Below, piece by piece: positions 41,981-52,627 of a DNA stretch of 64,000 nucleotides. A program made the position numbers and the translations under genes. The notes under the pieces are model-generated. The model worked only from the letters and a program-made list of their open reading frames with translations. It had not been told where the DNA came from and did not search any database. This DNA is from an uncultured Acidobacteriota bacterium (lineage in GTDB: Bacteria > Acidobacteriota > Vicinamibacteria > Vicinamibacterales > UBA2999). Each line of letters opens with the position of its first letter. Position 1 is the stretch's first letter. The stretch spans positions 49,449 to 113,448 of the forward strand of contig CAVSWX010000009.1 of the NCBI GenBank assembly GCA_963731785.1, read 5' to 3'.

Positions 41981-43966
41981 ATGAGGCGACTCCTCGTGTC
42001 CGGAACGGTGTTGCTCGCTGCCGCCTGCGGAGGGCCACAGTCCCCCCAGGGCACGCCTGCCACGGAAGCTTCGGCGGCCGTACAACTGGGCGGTCCACCG
42101 TCTGGCGCCGGTTCGGCGAGCGCCGACGCCGGCGAGATCAAGCCGGTCGACCCAGCCACGTTCAACAAGGCGCCCGGGTACTCGCCGTACGCAGGGAGGA
42201 ATTACCCCGAGCGGCCGTACTTCGGTGACGAGCACGTCCACACCTCGTGGTCGGTTGACGCCGGAGGTACAGGTACGTCGCTCGGCCCGGAGGAGGCGAC
42301 CCGGTTTGCGCGGGGCGAGGAAGTCACCGCGACCAGCGGCCAGCCGGTGAAGCTCGGACAGCCGCTCGACTGGATCGCCATCACGGATCACTCCGACATG
42401 ATGGGCATGATCACCGAGATCAAGGGCGGCAATCCCGAGATGATGGCCGATCCGACGCTCAAGCGGTGGCGCGACATGTTCAACGGCGGCCCGGTGGAGG
42501 CGAAGAAGGCGGTGATGGAACTGGTTGCCGCGCAGTCGAACAAGAAGCTGCCGCCGATCGCAACGGATCCGCGGTTTGCCAAGAGCGTCTGGGCGAAGAA
42601 CACCACGATCGCGGAGAAGTACAACGAACCCGGGCGCTTCACGGCGTTCATCGGCTACGAGTGGACGTCGAACGCCGGCGGCGGCGACAACCTGCACCGG
42701 AACATCATCTACCGCGACAACAAGGACAAGGCCGACGGGGTGTTGCCGTACACCACGTTCCAGAGCGAGAACCCCGAAGACCTCTATAAGTGGATGACCG
42801 AGTGGGAGAAAACCACCGGCGGCAAGCTCCTCGCGATCGCGCACAACGGCAATCTCTCGAACGGCCGGATGTTCGCGATGACCACCTTCAGCGGCGACCC
42901 GATGACGAAGGCGTGGGCCGAGGCGCGGCAGCGGTGGGAGCCGCTGTTCGAGGCGGTTCAGATGAAGGGGCAGAGCGAGTCACATCCGTCGCTGTCGCCG
43001 ACCGACGACTTCGCCGCGTGGGAGCTCTGGGACCGCGGCAACCTGACCCAGACGCCAAAGACACCCGGGATGATTCAGCACGAATACGTCCGCGAAGCCC
43101 TCAAGAACGGCCTGAAGGTGGAACAGGACCTCGGCGCCAACCCGTTCAAGTTCGGGATGGCTGGCGGAACCGACACGCACAACGGCCTCGTGGCGGCCGA
43201 AGAGGACAACTTCTTCGCCAAATTTCCAAGTGCCGAGCCCAGGGCCGATCGGTGGGAGGAGGACGCGATGAACTTCGGCCCCAACCGCATCGTGAAGGGC
43301 TGGGAGATGACGGCGGCGGGATACACCGCCGTGTGGGCGACCGGTAACACGCGGGCGGAGCTGTGGGACGCGATGATGCGCCGCGAGACCTACGCGACGA
43401 GCGGTCCCCGCATGACCGTTCGGTTTTTCGGGGGCTACGACTTCACGCAGGCTGATGCGACGCGCTCGCCGGCGGTGGCCGGCTACGCGAAGGGTGTCCC
43501 CATGGGCGGCGATCTTCCCGCTGCGCCAGCCGGCAAGGCGCCAACGTTCCTCGTCGCGGCGCTGAAAGACAGGTTCAGCGGCAACCTCGATCGCATCCAG
43601 ATCATCAAGGGATGGCTGGGCAAGGACGGCAGGCCACAGGAAAAGCTCTACGACGTGGTCTGGGGCGACAAGGACCGGCGCAAGATCGTCAACGGCAAGC
43701 TGACCCCGGTCGGGAACACCGTGGACGTCGCCACGGCGACGTGGACCAACACCATCGGTGATCCGGAGCTCGTCGCCGTGTGGACGGACCCGGACTTCGA
43801 TCCATCGGTCCGCGCGGTCTACTACGCGCGCGTCCTCGAAATCCCGACGCCGCGCTGGACGGCGTATGACGCGGCGTACTTCCGAATCAAGATCACCGAC
43901 CCGAAGGTGCCGATGACGACGCAGGAACGGGCGTTCACATCGCCCATCTGGTATTCACCGAAGTAA
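41981..43966 (+). CDS. DUF3604-family lipoprotein (PHP-like metal-dependent hydrolase fold)
   Basis: Lipoprotein signal MRRLLVSGTVLLAAACGG. YFGDEHVHTSWSVDAG (HxH), ITDHSD, IGYEWTSN, AHNGNLSNG, GGTDTHNG and ERAFTSPIWYSP. Intact. Confidence 0.75.
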   Translation: MRRLLVSGTVLLAAACGGPQSPQGTPATEASAAVQLGGPPSGAGSASADAGEIKPVDPATFNKAPGYSPYAGRNYPERPYFGDEHVHTSWSVDAGGTGTSLGPEEATRFARGEEVTATSGQPVKLGQPLDWIAITDHSDMMGMITEIKGGNPEMMADPTLKRWRDMFNGGPVEAKKAVMELVAAQSNKKLPPIATDPRFAKSVWAKNTTIAEKYNEPGRFTAFIGYEWTSNAGGGDNLHRNIIYRDNKDKADGVLPYTTFQSENPEDLYKWMTEWEKTTGGKLLAIAHNGNLSNGRMFAMTTFSGDPMTKAWAEARQRWEPLFEAVQMKGQSESHPSLSPTDDFAAWELWDRGNLTQTPKTPGMIQHEYVREALKNGLKVEQDLGANPFKFGMAGGTDTHNGLVAAEEDNFFAKFPSAEPRADRWEEDAMNFGPNRIVKGWEMTAAGYTAVWATGNTRAELWDAMMRRETYATSGPRMTVRFFGGYDFTQADATRSPAVAGYAKGVPMGGDLPAAPAGKAPTFLVAALKDRFSGNLDRIQIIKGWLGKDGRPQEKLYDVVWGDKDRRKIVNGKLTPVGNTVDVATATWTNTIGDPELVAVWTDPDFDPSVRAVYYARVLEIPTPRWTAYDAAYFRIKITDPKVPMTTQERAFTSPIWYSPK

Positions 43967-43972
43967 GAGGCC

Positions 43973-44818
43973 ATGCGTATGCGACGGCTTCTCGGCGAGC
44001 CGATGCTGCACTTCGTGCTGATCGGCATCGCGCTGTTCGCCGCCTATCAATGGAGGGCGCCCGTCGATTCCGACGGGCGCCGCATCGTCGTCACCCAGGG
44101 GGTGGTGGACGACCTCGTCACACAGCACGCGGCGGCGAAAGGGCGCGAACCCTCGGCTACCGAGCTGAACCACTTGATCGAGTTGTACGTACGCGATGAG
44201 ATCCTGTACCGGGAAGGTGTGAAGCTCGGACTCGATCGTGACGACCTCGTCGTCAAGCGCCGAGTCCGCCAGAAGATCGAGCTGATCGCGGAGGAAGAGG
44301 CCTCGACACAGGCGCCGACCGACGCGGATCTGTCTGCGTACCTGGCGGCGAACCAGGGGCGCTTCGTGCAGCCGGCCATCCTCACCTTCGAGCAGGTGTT
44401 CCTCGGACAATCGACATCCGGCCCTGGAGTGGTGCGTGCGGTCGCGGTCACGCATCAGGCCCTGCGGAACGGTCGCGACCCCGCGACACTCGGCACGCCA
44501 ACGCTGCTGCCGTCTCGGATGACCCACACCGCTGCCGACCTGATCGCACGCGATTTTGGCGACTCCTTTGCCGCCGCTCTCGAGACGATGCCGATCGGCG
44601 AATGGGCCGGGCCGATCGATTCGAGCTTCGGGGCCCACTACGTGCGCGTCTCGGATCGCACTTCGGCCGTGGTGCCGCAGCTCGACGCGGTACGCGAGCA
44701 GGTCGCGCGCGAATGGGAGAGCGAGCGCCGCCAGCGCGCGCGTACCGACTCCTACGCCAGGATGCGCGAAGATTACGAGGTCAGCAGTGAAGCCACGATG
44801 CCGAAGGAGCAGAGGTGA
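43973..44818 (+). CDS. membrane-anchored PpiC/parvulin-type peptidyl-prolyl isomerase-like protein
   Basis: N-terminal TM LHFVLIGIALFAAYQW. ..EILYREGVKLGLDRDDLVVKRRVRQK.. and ..GEWAGPIDSSFGAHYVRV... It starts 7 nt after the DUF3604 stop. Confidence 0.6.
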   Translation: MRMRRLLGEPMLHFVLIGIALFAAYQWRAPVDSDGRRIVVTQGVVDDLVTQHAAAKGREPSATELNHLIELYVRDEILYREGVKLGLDRDDLVVKRRVRQKIELIAEEEASTQAPTDADLSAYLAANQGRFVQPAILTFEQVFLGQSTSGPGVVRAVAVTHQALRNGRDPATLGTPTLLPSRMTHTAADLIARDFGDSFAAALETMPIGEWAGPIDSSFGAHYVRVSDRTSAVVPQLDAVREQVAREWESERRQRARTDSYARMREDYEVSSEATMPKEQR

Positions 44819-45823
44819 GAACGCTGTCGTGCCTGCTGGTGACTGTGGCGCTGCTCCTTGCCGCGGTCGCACCTGCTCGCGCGGACGAGTTCAAGCCGGG
44901 CTACCTGCAGCTGACACAGGTAGACCGTGAGACCTACGACGTCCTGTGGAAGATTCCGGCGATTGACGAATCGACCGCACTGAAAGTGCAGCCGCAGTTC
45001 CCCGACGGGACCCAGGTGCTGACGCCGATGCGCAGCACCTTCTCACGCGGCATCACGGTGCAGCGGTGGCGCATCCGCGTGCCGGAGGGGCTCGACGGAA
45101 AGGCCATCTTCTTCTCGCAGCTCTCGGAAACACGGATCGACGTGCTCGCGCGTCTCGTGCGCCTGGACGGCACGGTGCAGCTCGAGCGCATCCTGCCGGT
45201 GAGCCCCAGCTTCGTCGGCAGACCCAGCCCTGGTCCACTGGAAGTCGTCAGGACGTACACGACCCTGGGGGTCGAACACATCCTGTTCGGATTCGATCAC
45301 CTGCTGTTCGTGCTCGCCCTGGTGCTCCTGGTGCAAGGGACCGGACGGTTGCTCCTCACCATCACGGCGTTCACGGCGGCACACAGTCTGACCCTTGCCG
45401 GGGCGACGCTCGGCTGGGTGCAGGTGCCGGGACCGCCAGTTGAAGCCTCGATTGCCCTGAGCATTGTCTTCGTCGCGGCGGAGATCGTCCACACCCGTCA
45501 AGGCCGCTACAGCGTGACGCGACAGTATCCGTGGGTCGTGGCGTTCACGTTCGGCCTGCTGCACGGATTCGGCTTTGCCGGCGCGCTGGCGGAAGTCGGC
45601 CTGCCGCAGGCATCGATCCCGATCGCCCTGCTGTTCTTCAATGTCGGCGTGGAGATTGGGCAGCTGCTGTTTGTCGGAGGGGTGCTGGCGGTGATCGCAG
45701 TCGGGCTGGCGCGCGGGACAACAGCTGCGAGTGTCGCACCCCGCCTGGCTCTGGCGCATCGCGCCGTATGCCATTGGCGGCCTTGCGAGCCTGTGGCTGG
45801 TGGAACGAGTCGCCGCCTTCTGA
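44815..45823 (+). CDS. HupE/UreJ-family membrane protein with an N-terminal periplasmic extension; frame break near 45714
   Basis: GVEHILFGFDHLLFVLALVLL..TAFTAAHSLTLA..FGLLHGFGFAGAL..FNVGVEIGQL. The tail ..WLWRIAPYAIGGLASLWLVERVAAF* is in another frame. The GTG overlaps the upstream TGA (GTGA), with AAGGAG SD. Confidence 0.8.
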
Positions 45824-45904
45824 CCGGCGTGCGGAGGCGCGGACCCGTGTCCGCCGCTGATTCGCTGATACCCCGCGCGTGAGTTCGCCGCGCCCGTGTT
45901 CCCG

Positions 45905-46519
45905 TCACGGAAACGCCACGACGAGCCCGGCGCTGAACTCGGCCTGCCAGACGATATCGGCGCGGATGCCGGCGAGACAGACACCGGGCCCGCAGCCGAG
46001 CACCTGCGCGTCGACATACGCGAAGGTCGCGAAGACGCGCCCGTCGAGGCGAACGCCCAACCGTCGTCCGGGCATCAGTTTCACTCCGCCCCCGCCGCCC
46101 ACTGAAAACCGGATTTCGTCGTCGCCCTCGGCTCCATAGCGCGTCAGTCCGAGCAGGCCGGTCATGAAGGGACGGACGCGCCGGCTGCGTCCGAACTCCT
46201 GTAATCCTCCGCCCTGCCAGTGATCGACCGTGATCCGCCACCGCACTGGCGGGGCGAACGGTCCGGCAGGAACCGTCACGTCCGCCGTCTGATGGGTGAC
46301 GAGCGCCTCGACGAACAGGCCGTCACCGACCTGGACGTTCACGACGGCGCCGGCCGCCCGCGCGCCATCGAGATCGACCGCCTCTCCCGTGACGCGTTCG
46401 AAGAAGCCCCCGCCGAAGCGGTAGCCGATGAACGGCGTCACCTCGAGCGCCTGTCCGTGGCTCGACGCCGGCCAGCACACCAGCCAGACGGCCACGCCGA
46501 TGCCAGCGGCACGCCACAT
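45905..46519 (-). CDS. small outer-membrane beta-barrel protein
   Basis: Signal MWRAAGIGVAVWLVCWPASSHGQA. Alternating beta-strand pattern. C-terminal ..WQAEFSAGLVVAFP. It is the last 204 codons of ORF 45905..47296. Confidence 0.65.
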   Translation of the reverse strand: MWRAAGIGVAVWLVCWPASSHGQALEVTPFIGYRFGGGFFERVTGEAVDLDGARAAGAVVNVQVGDGLFVEALVTHQTADVTVPAGPFAPPVRWRITVDHWQGGGLQEFGRSRRVRPFMTGLLGLTRYGAEGDDEIRFSVGGGGGVKLMPGRRLGVRLDGRVFATFAYVDAQVLGCGPGVCLAGIRADIVWQAEFSAGLVVAFP

Positions 46520-46536
46520 CGGCGCACCCGCGGTCG

Positions 46537-47175
46537 TCAGGGCTGGCGCCGGGCGAGTCCCTGCTTCTGCATCTCTTCGACCGACGCCGTCGCCAACTCC
46601 TCGACGAACGCGCGGATGTCGCGCGGGTTCGTCGTCTCGGTGACCGCCGCCCACAGCAGCTGGTTCCGCGGCACGCTGTAGACGGTGCTCTCGACGACGA
46701 CGGTCCTCTGTGTCCGCTGCCCGCCGCTGCCCGGCACCCACACGGCGGTCCACCCGTAGCCGTAGTAGCCCCAGAGCGTGCCGTAGTTCGGACTGACCCA
46801 CACGCTCGGCGAGTACTGCTGCTCCGTCTCGGCGCTGACCGGCCGCACCACGACCACGCCTTCCACGTTCGCCTTTTCGAACCACGGCCTGGCGGTCTCG
46901 GCGCTGCGCAGCTCTTCTTTCGGCGCCATCCGGTAGGTCGCCACGGCCTGCATGCCCCTCGCGCCGAGCGCGCGGGCGAGCGCCTCTTCGCCCGCCATCC
47001 GCAGCGAGTCGTCGTTGGAAATGACCAGAGCGGCCACCTTCTTCCCAAAAAAGTTCGCCGCCCCTGCATCCAGCGACTTGAAGGTCGAAGTGAACCTGAT
47101 CGCGGCCGGCAGTCCCGCGACCAGGGTTACGATGATTGCGGCGGTCGTGCACGCCGTGCCCACAGTGCGGTGCAT
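46537..47175 (-). CDS. membrane-anchored/secreted protein of unknown function
   Basis: AAGGGAAGGGGA SD before the ATG at 47175 (MHRTVGTACTTAAIIVTLVAGLPAA). The body has GVVVVRPVS..GYYGYGW..VVVESTVYSV..LLWAAVTETTNP. Confidence 0.55.
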   Translation of the reverse strand: MHRTVGTACTTAAIIVTLVAGLPAAIRFTSTFKSLDAGAANFFGKKVAALVISNDDSLRMAGEEALARALGARGMQAVATYRMAPKEELRSAETARPWFEKANVEGVVVVRPVSAETEQQYSPSVWVSPNYGTLWGYYGYGWTAVWVPGSGGQRTQRTVVVESTVYSVPRNQLLWAAVTETTNPRDIRAFVEELATASVEEMQKQGLARRQP

Positions 47176-47229
47176 GTATCCCCTTCCCTTCTTCATTCGT
47201 GCCGGCCGCCGAATCGCGGCCCGCGCGGG

Positions 47230-48571
47230 TTACGCGGCCGCCGACGGCGCCGCCGTCGAGGCCGTCAGGGCCTTGTAGTGACGCCCGATGCGCCACGCCA
47301 GGATCAGTGTGACGAGCGCGAGCGCCGCGTTGACTGCCGCGAAGCCTCGCGTCGGCAGCGCGAGGAATGTCGTGCCGGTGAAGACGAGGGCGGCCGAGAG
47401 CACGTCACCCATGCGGACGAAGAACGAGTCGATCGCCTGCTTGGCCGCGAACTTCTGTTCGTAGCTGCACGGCAGGAACAACATGTTGCGCACCGTGTTG
47501 TTCAGCGAGTAGTCCGCCGAATTCTCCATCACTTTGGCCACCAGCGCCGCATTCAGCAGCGGCACGAAGATGAGGACGTTGTAGACGCCGAACGACAGGG
47601 CCGGGAGGATCAGCAGCGCCACCGCCACGCCGCGGTGCTTGATGATGCGTGACACCACGAACAGCTGCAGGAGGAGGCCGAGGGCGTTGGCCAGGGAGAA
47701 ATACTTGGCGTAGAAGTCGCCGATGATCTGGGCCTCGCTCAGTCCCGGCGCGGTTTGCGGCCGCAACCGCCGCCTCCGCGTGTTCCTTGACGATGCCACC
47801 GAGGATGTACTCGCCGGTGGTGTTGATCCAGTTGATCATCAGGAGCATCAAGGCCATCAGCAGCAGGTACCGGGTCCCGAGCACCATCGTGAACGGGTTC
47901 ACGCGCGGCGCGGCGCTTGCCTGCTTCACGTGCACGGCGCCCGGCCGCCGGCCGCGCTCGACGCGGTCGATGTAGTTGGTCAGCAGCAACTGGAGGCCGA
48001 GCACCGCGGCGCCGAGCAGCATCAGCTGATTCACGCCGAACGGCTCGATCAGGCGATCGGCCACGCGCGCGCCCGCCACCGCGCCCAGCGACGCGCCGAG
48101 GCCGACCAGGACGAGCAGCCGTTCACCCTCCTCCTTCGAATACACGTCGTTGGCGAACGACCAGAACTGCGCGACGATCATCAGGTTGAAGATGCCGATC
48201 CACACGAAGAAGATCACCCCGAGCGGCACGCCGACCCGGGCCAGGAGATAGAACACGACCGGGCAGACGACGAAGAAGGCCGTGACGACATTGATCAACG
48301 TCATCCGCGGGAGCCTGGACACGAGGCGTCCGTAGGCGGGAACCGCGAAGGCCAGCAGCACGACCTGGCCCGCGGACAGGTAGCTCTTGAGCTCCGCGGT
48401 CCCCTCCGCGAGGATCAGCGCCTCGCGCACGGTCTTCAGGATGTAGTACGACATCAGGATCAGGAAGACGTTCGTGCCGAGCAGCAGCGCGGTGCGGGCC
48501 TCACCGGGGCGGACGACGGTGAACAGGTTGAGGAACCGTTCGAGTCCGGAGGCGCGAGTTGCGTCGCTCAT
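47230..48571 (-). CDS. TLC/Npt-type (ADP/ATP-translocase-like) nucleotide-transporter family protein; frame break near 47750
   Basis: FLNLFTVVRPGEARTALLLGTNVFLILMSYYILKTVREALIL..AQFWSFANDVYSKEEGERL.. in ORF 47405..48571. The C-terminal TMs (..ENSADYSLNNTVRNMLFLP..AKQAIDSFFVRMGD..) are in ORF 47230..47799. Family assignment is from motif memory. Confidence 0.65.
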
Positions 48572-48574
48572 GCG

Positions 48575-50718
48575 TCACTCCACCCAGTGCAGGACGTTGC
48601 GCAGGATCGACCAGCGCGGCCGGCGCGGCGCCGCGTCCTGTCCGAGAATCCAATGCGCGTAGGCGGCGTCGATCGTGCCGTCCTTGCGCTTCAACGCGAT
48701 CCAGGTGTTGACGAACGCCGCCAGGGCCGGATCGTGTTTGGCGATCGGATACGCAAGCGGTACCCGGATCGGCGCCGGGGCGGGCACGACGACCGAGTAC
48801 GCCGGGTGCATCAGCGTCCAGGCGGATCCACGCTCGGCGGGCAGCGCCAGCGCGTCGGCGTGAGGGGCGGCGCGGTCGAACAGTTGCTCGATGCCGCCCT
48901 CGTGCACCTGGATCGTGGCCCGCGGCAACAGCTCGCGGAGCCTGCGCACGTAGTAGGGCACGTCGGACACGGCGATCGTCGAGTGCGCCCTGCTCGCGGA
49001 TCGCGTCCCAGCTCGCAAACCGTTCGCGCTGGTCGTCCGGCACGACGAACGCCATGGTTTCGTCCAGATACGACTCCGAGAACAGGACCTCGCGGCGCGC
49101 GATCCGTGGTGATCACCACGCCCGACATCACGAGGTCGCAGTACCCCTCCGCGAGCTGGGCTGCCATGCGCTCGCGGTCCACCGGCACGAAGTCGAGGGC
49201 GACGTCCATCTCGCGCGCCAGGCGATGTGCGAGCTCGACGTCGAAGCCCACCAGATCGCCGCTCTGGTTGAAGAACGCGAACGGCAGCGCGTCGGGCAGG
49301 TAGCCGACCCGCAGCACCCGGCGCGCCGCAATGGTCTCGAGCGGCGGGAGGTTCGTCACCGGGGCCGGAGACGGGCTGCGCGCGACGGTGGCGTCGACCG
49401 GTTCGTTGAGCAGGTGCATCGACGCGAGGACGCGATCCTTCGAATATTCCGGCGACAGGCCCGACCCGAAGAGCACTCGTGTGGAGCCGATGACCAGCAC
49501 GGCCAGGGCCATGGTGACGCCGGCATAGCGGAGCACCGATGCACGGCGCCAGCGCAGATGTCCGGTGACCGCGCAGGAGACGAGCAGCGCCACCGTGAGC
49601 GTATGGACCGCCGCGACCAGCGAGCCGACGCGCGAGTTGATCACGCCGGTGGCGAGAAACAGCTGAAACGTATCGGCGGGAATCCGGAACTCGTCGAGGA
49701 GAAACGGCACCGCCGCGGTGAGACTGCCGAAGAAGGTCACCAACCCGGTGAGCGCCAGTTCCGGATAGCTCGACGGCGCGACCGGCACATCGGCAAACCA
49801 TCCCGCAAAGAGCACGAAGCTGAGAGAGAGCAGCTTTCCCGTGTGCGGAAAGTTGAAGGACGCGGGCACGATGACCTCGGTCAGCCGGCCCGGCTCCGCG
49901 TCGCCGGGGCGAAGCCGGCCCAGGATCGTCTGGCTCGCCTGCATCAGGCTCGGGAGCACGATGAAGAGGTCGCCGGCGATGCACGCGGTGATGAGCGGGT
50001 CGCGCGACGCGCCGAGCATGTCCCTGGCTCGAATCGGGGTGAGGGCGCCGACCAGCCCGGGAAGCACCCAGAGACTCACCAGCAGGGCCACCGCGACATA
50101 GGCCACCAGGTAAATCTGCAGTCGGCTCAACTGCTCCAGGCTCAGGGTTCCGGCCGCGTTGGCGGCGATCGCAAACAGTCCATACGGCGTCAGGCGGGTG
50201 ACGGCGCGGGTCGCCGCCGCGATCGCGTCCTTCGCGACCTTCAGGACGTCGAGCAACCGCTCCCGCCGTTCGACGCCGACCAGCGCGATGCCCAGGAACA
50301 GCGAGAAGAGCACCACCGCCGGCACCACGTTGTTCGCCAGCGAATAGAACGGATTCGCCGGAATGTAGAGGCCGATGAAGTCGAACGCGGGCCGTTGCTC
50401 CAGGAGGCTCGAACTGAAGAACGAGGCGTTCTGGACCGACGGGAAGGTCAGGGGGATCAGGAACGCGAAGGCCAGCGCCAGGATCCACAGGCCGCCAATC
50501 ACGGCCGCCGCCGTCGCGCCGAGCCCCCGGAGTTCGGACCGGCGCAGGGATCCGAGGCTGGCGACGATCGAGACGGTGATGTAGGGCAGCACCATCATCT
50601 GGAGCAGCTTCACGAACCCGTCGGCCGCCCATTCCAGCGCCGCCGCCTTCTCGCCGAGGAACAGCCCGGTGAGGGTGCCAAGCGCGAGCCCGGCGATGAT
50701 CTGCGTGGTGAAGGCCAT
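48575..50718 (-). CDS. dicarboxylate/amino-acid:cation symporter (DAACS) fused to a C-terminal family-3 solute-binding-protein domain; two frame breaks (near 49095 and 48978)
   Basis: Transporter core MAFTTQIIAGLALG..LQMMVLPYITVSIV..NFPHTGKL... Then VLRVGYLPDALPFAFFNQSGDLVGFDVELAHRLAREMDVALDFVPV..DLVMSGVVIT.. and ..IAVSDVPYY..LAYPIAKHDPALAAFVNTWIALKRKDGTID.. in two further frames. Confidence 0.75.
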
Positions 50719-50762
50719 GCCGCTGCCTCACGGCATGACGTCACGCCGACCGCGGAACGCGA

Positions 50763-51353
50763 TTATTTCTCGAGCCGCACGTCGGTCAGCCGCACCGGCT
50801 CGATCCCGTAGTTCTCGAGCTCGATCGACTGCTTGTCGCTGCTGAGCGCGATCCTGGCATGGAGCGACATCTTCCCCACGCCAACGCCCTGCGGGTCGAA
50901 GCGGATCTCGATCAGCGTGAACGGGTATTCGAGCCTCCGGGATCCGCTGGCTTCTTCCTCGAAGCCGATCGGACGGTCGGTCGCCAGCAGCACGCGGCGT
51001 CCGCCGTCCGGCAGTGACGACGCGAAGGCGTAGCGCAGATCCAACGCCAGCGTGTTCGGCAGGCGGATGAACCCGACCTTCGGGCTGTTCTCCAGCGCCT
51101 GCAGCAGCTGCGCCTGGCCCCTGGTTCTGAATGCGGTGACGAGTTTCTCCCGCTCTCTCGCGCTCGACCATCGCTCGATGTTGACGAACACGTGTCCGGC
51201 GACAGAAGGGCCACTGCCCATGTTGACGGCAGTGGCACTGTAGCGCTCCGGCGCGCCCGTGGCCTGCGCGCCGGCCCGCGACGACATCCCGTCGGCCACG
51301 ATCACGGCGCACACCAAAATCATCGCGGTTCGACAGAACCATCGGGCGCGCAC
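50763..51353 (-). CDS. secreted protein of unknown function, 'family X' copy 2 (paralogue of 40332..40916)
   Basis: Signal MRARWFCRTAMILVCAVIVADGMSSRAGAQA. See the shared pattern listed at 40332. Confidence 0.6.
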   Translation of the reverse strand: MRARWFCRTAMILVCAVIVADGMSSRAGAQATGAPERYSATAVNMGSGPSVAGHVFVNIERWSSAREREKLVTAFRTRGQAQLLQALENSPKVGFIRLPNTLALDLRYAFASSLPDGGRRVLLATDRPIGFEEEASGSRRLEYPFTLIEIRFDPQGVGVGKMSLHARIALSSDKQSIELENYGIEPVRLTDVRLEK

Positions 51354-51366
51354 CGCCGGCCTCGTC

Positions 51367-51909
51367 TCACGCCTTCGGCTTGGGTGGGAAGTCCTTGAGA
51401 ATCTTCTTCACCGCCGAGGCGATGTTCTTGTCGCGTTTCTCGGCCTTGGCCTGGACGTCCACTTCCTTGACGCCCATGCCGCGCCACACGATCGCCTTCT
51501 TGGACGCTTCGGCGATGTCGACGACCAGTGTGCCGACGAGGATTTCGTTGACGCGCACATCGGTCGTGCCCCAGCCGCCTCCCCACCCGTAGCCGTACGG
51601 GCCGTAGCCGCCGTAGCCGGAGCTGAACGTGGTGATGTCCTGCTTCTTGTCGAACGCAATGTGATAGACCACGACCACGTCGGGCATGGCGTCGTTTTTC
51701 GACAAGCCCTTGGCCACCATCTCGGCTTCGATCGCGGCGACGATCCGGTTGTGCACCAGCGGATCGTTGACCTTCGTGCCGTCCTTGAGGGTGTAGGTCT
51801 TGAACTTCGAGAAGTCCGTCGTCTTGTCGAAGTCGAAGCTGGTTTTCTGCGCCAGCGCAAGCGTCGGCGCCAGGAGCACGATTGCTGCGGCGGTCAGGAG
51901 AGCTTTCAT
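51367..51909 (-). CDS. DUF4136-like secreted protein (copy 2)
   Basis: Signal MKALLTAAAIVLLAPTLALAQ. FSKFKTYTL..PDVVVVYH..GYGGYGPYGYGWGGGW..GTLVVDIAEASKKAIVWRG. It is the C-terminal 180 codons of ORF 51367..52644. Confidence 0.7.
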   Translation of the reverse strand: MKALLTAAAIVLLAPTLALAQKTSFDFDKTTDFSKFKTYTLKDGTKVNDPLVHNRIVAAIEAEMVAKGLSKNDAMPDVVVVYHIAFDKKQDITTFSSGYGGYGPYGYGWGGGWGTTDVRVNEILVGTLVVDIAEASKKAIVWRGMGVKEVDVQAKAEKRDKNIASAVKKILKDFPPKPKA

Positions 51910-51920
51910 GATGGCCTCAT

Positions 51921-52599
51921 TCAGAAACGGAACCCGAACGTGAGTGGATAGTAGGTGCCGTTGGCACTCCCGGAGCGCTCTTCGGCGCCGTCGGGCAGCA
52001 GTCGAGCTGTCGAACTCCGGTCCCCACACGTGGTGGAACCGCGACTCGACGAAGAACTCCGCCGTCTCGCCGATGCCAAACCCGACGCCGGCGCCGATAT
52101 TGAAGCCAAAGTCCCAGCCACCGCGCGAGCCGACGACGCCCTCGATCGGGTAGGTGCCGCACACATACCAGTACGGGTCACAGATGACACCGTTGCCGAG
52201 GTACTCCGTGATCTCCACGCTCCGGTAGTACATGCCCGGTCCGGCCAGCACATACGGACGGATCGTGGCGCCGGTGGGTGCGAAGCTCCCGATCCAGTTG
52301 AAGTCCAGCTGGTGCGTAGTGTGATTCGCCGAGAAGCGCGTCGCGCCAAAAAACGGCGCGTCGTCCTTGATGTCGAACCAGCGGTAGGCGTACTCGAACT
52401 GAAACGCTGCAAAGCGGCTCATGTCGAAGGTGACGCCGATGGCCGGACCCCAGCCGTTCCCGAAATGATCGCCGAGATCGCCCGCGTTGAACGTCGGGCC
52501 GCCGCCGATGTTCACATGCACCGTCTTCTGGGCGCTGCTGGGCGACGCCGTCAGCACCAGCAGCAGAGCCCCAAGAGCCACGTAACTCCCGATTCGCAT
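51921..52599 (-). CDS. small outer-membrane beta-barrel protein; frame break near 52005
   Basis: AGGAGG SD. Signal MRIGSYVALGALLLVLTASPSSAQ. The true C-terminus ..GTYYPLTFGFRF* (aromatic OM signature) is in ORF 51921..52412. Loss of that stop fuses it to the next gene in the ORF track. Confidence 0.7.
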
Positions 52600-52627
52600 G
52601 ATTTCAGATCCTCCTGGCATCCAGGGG

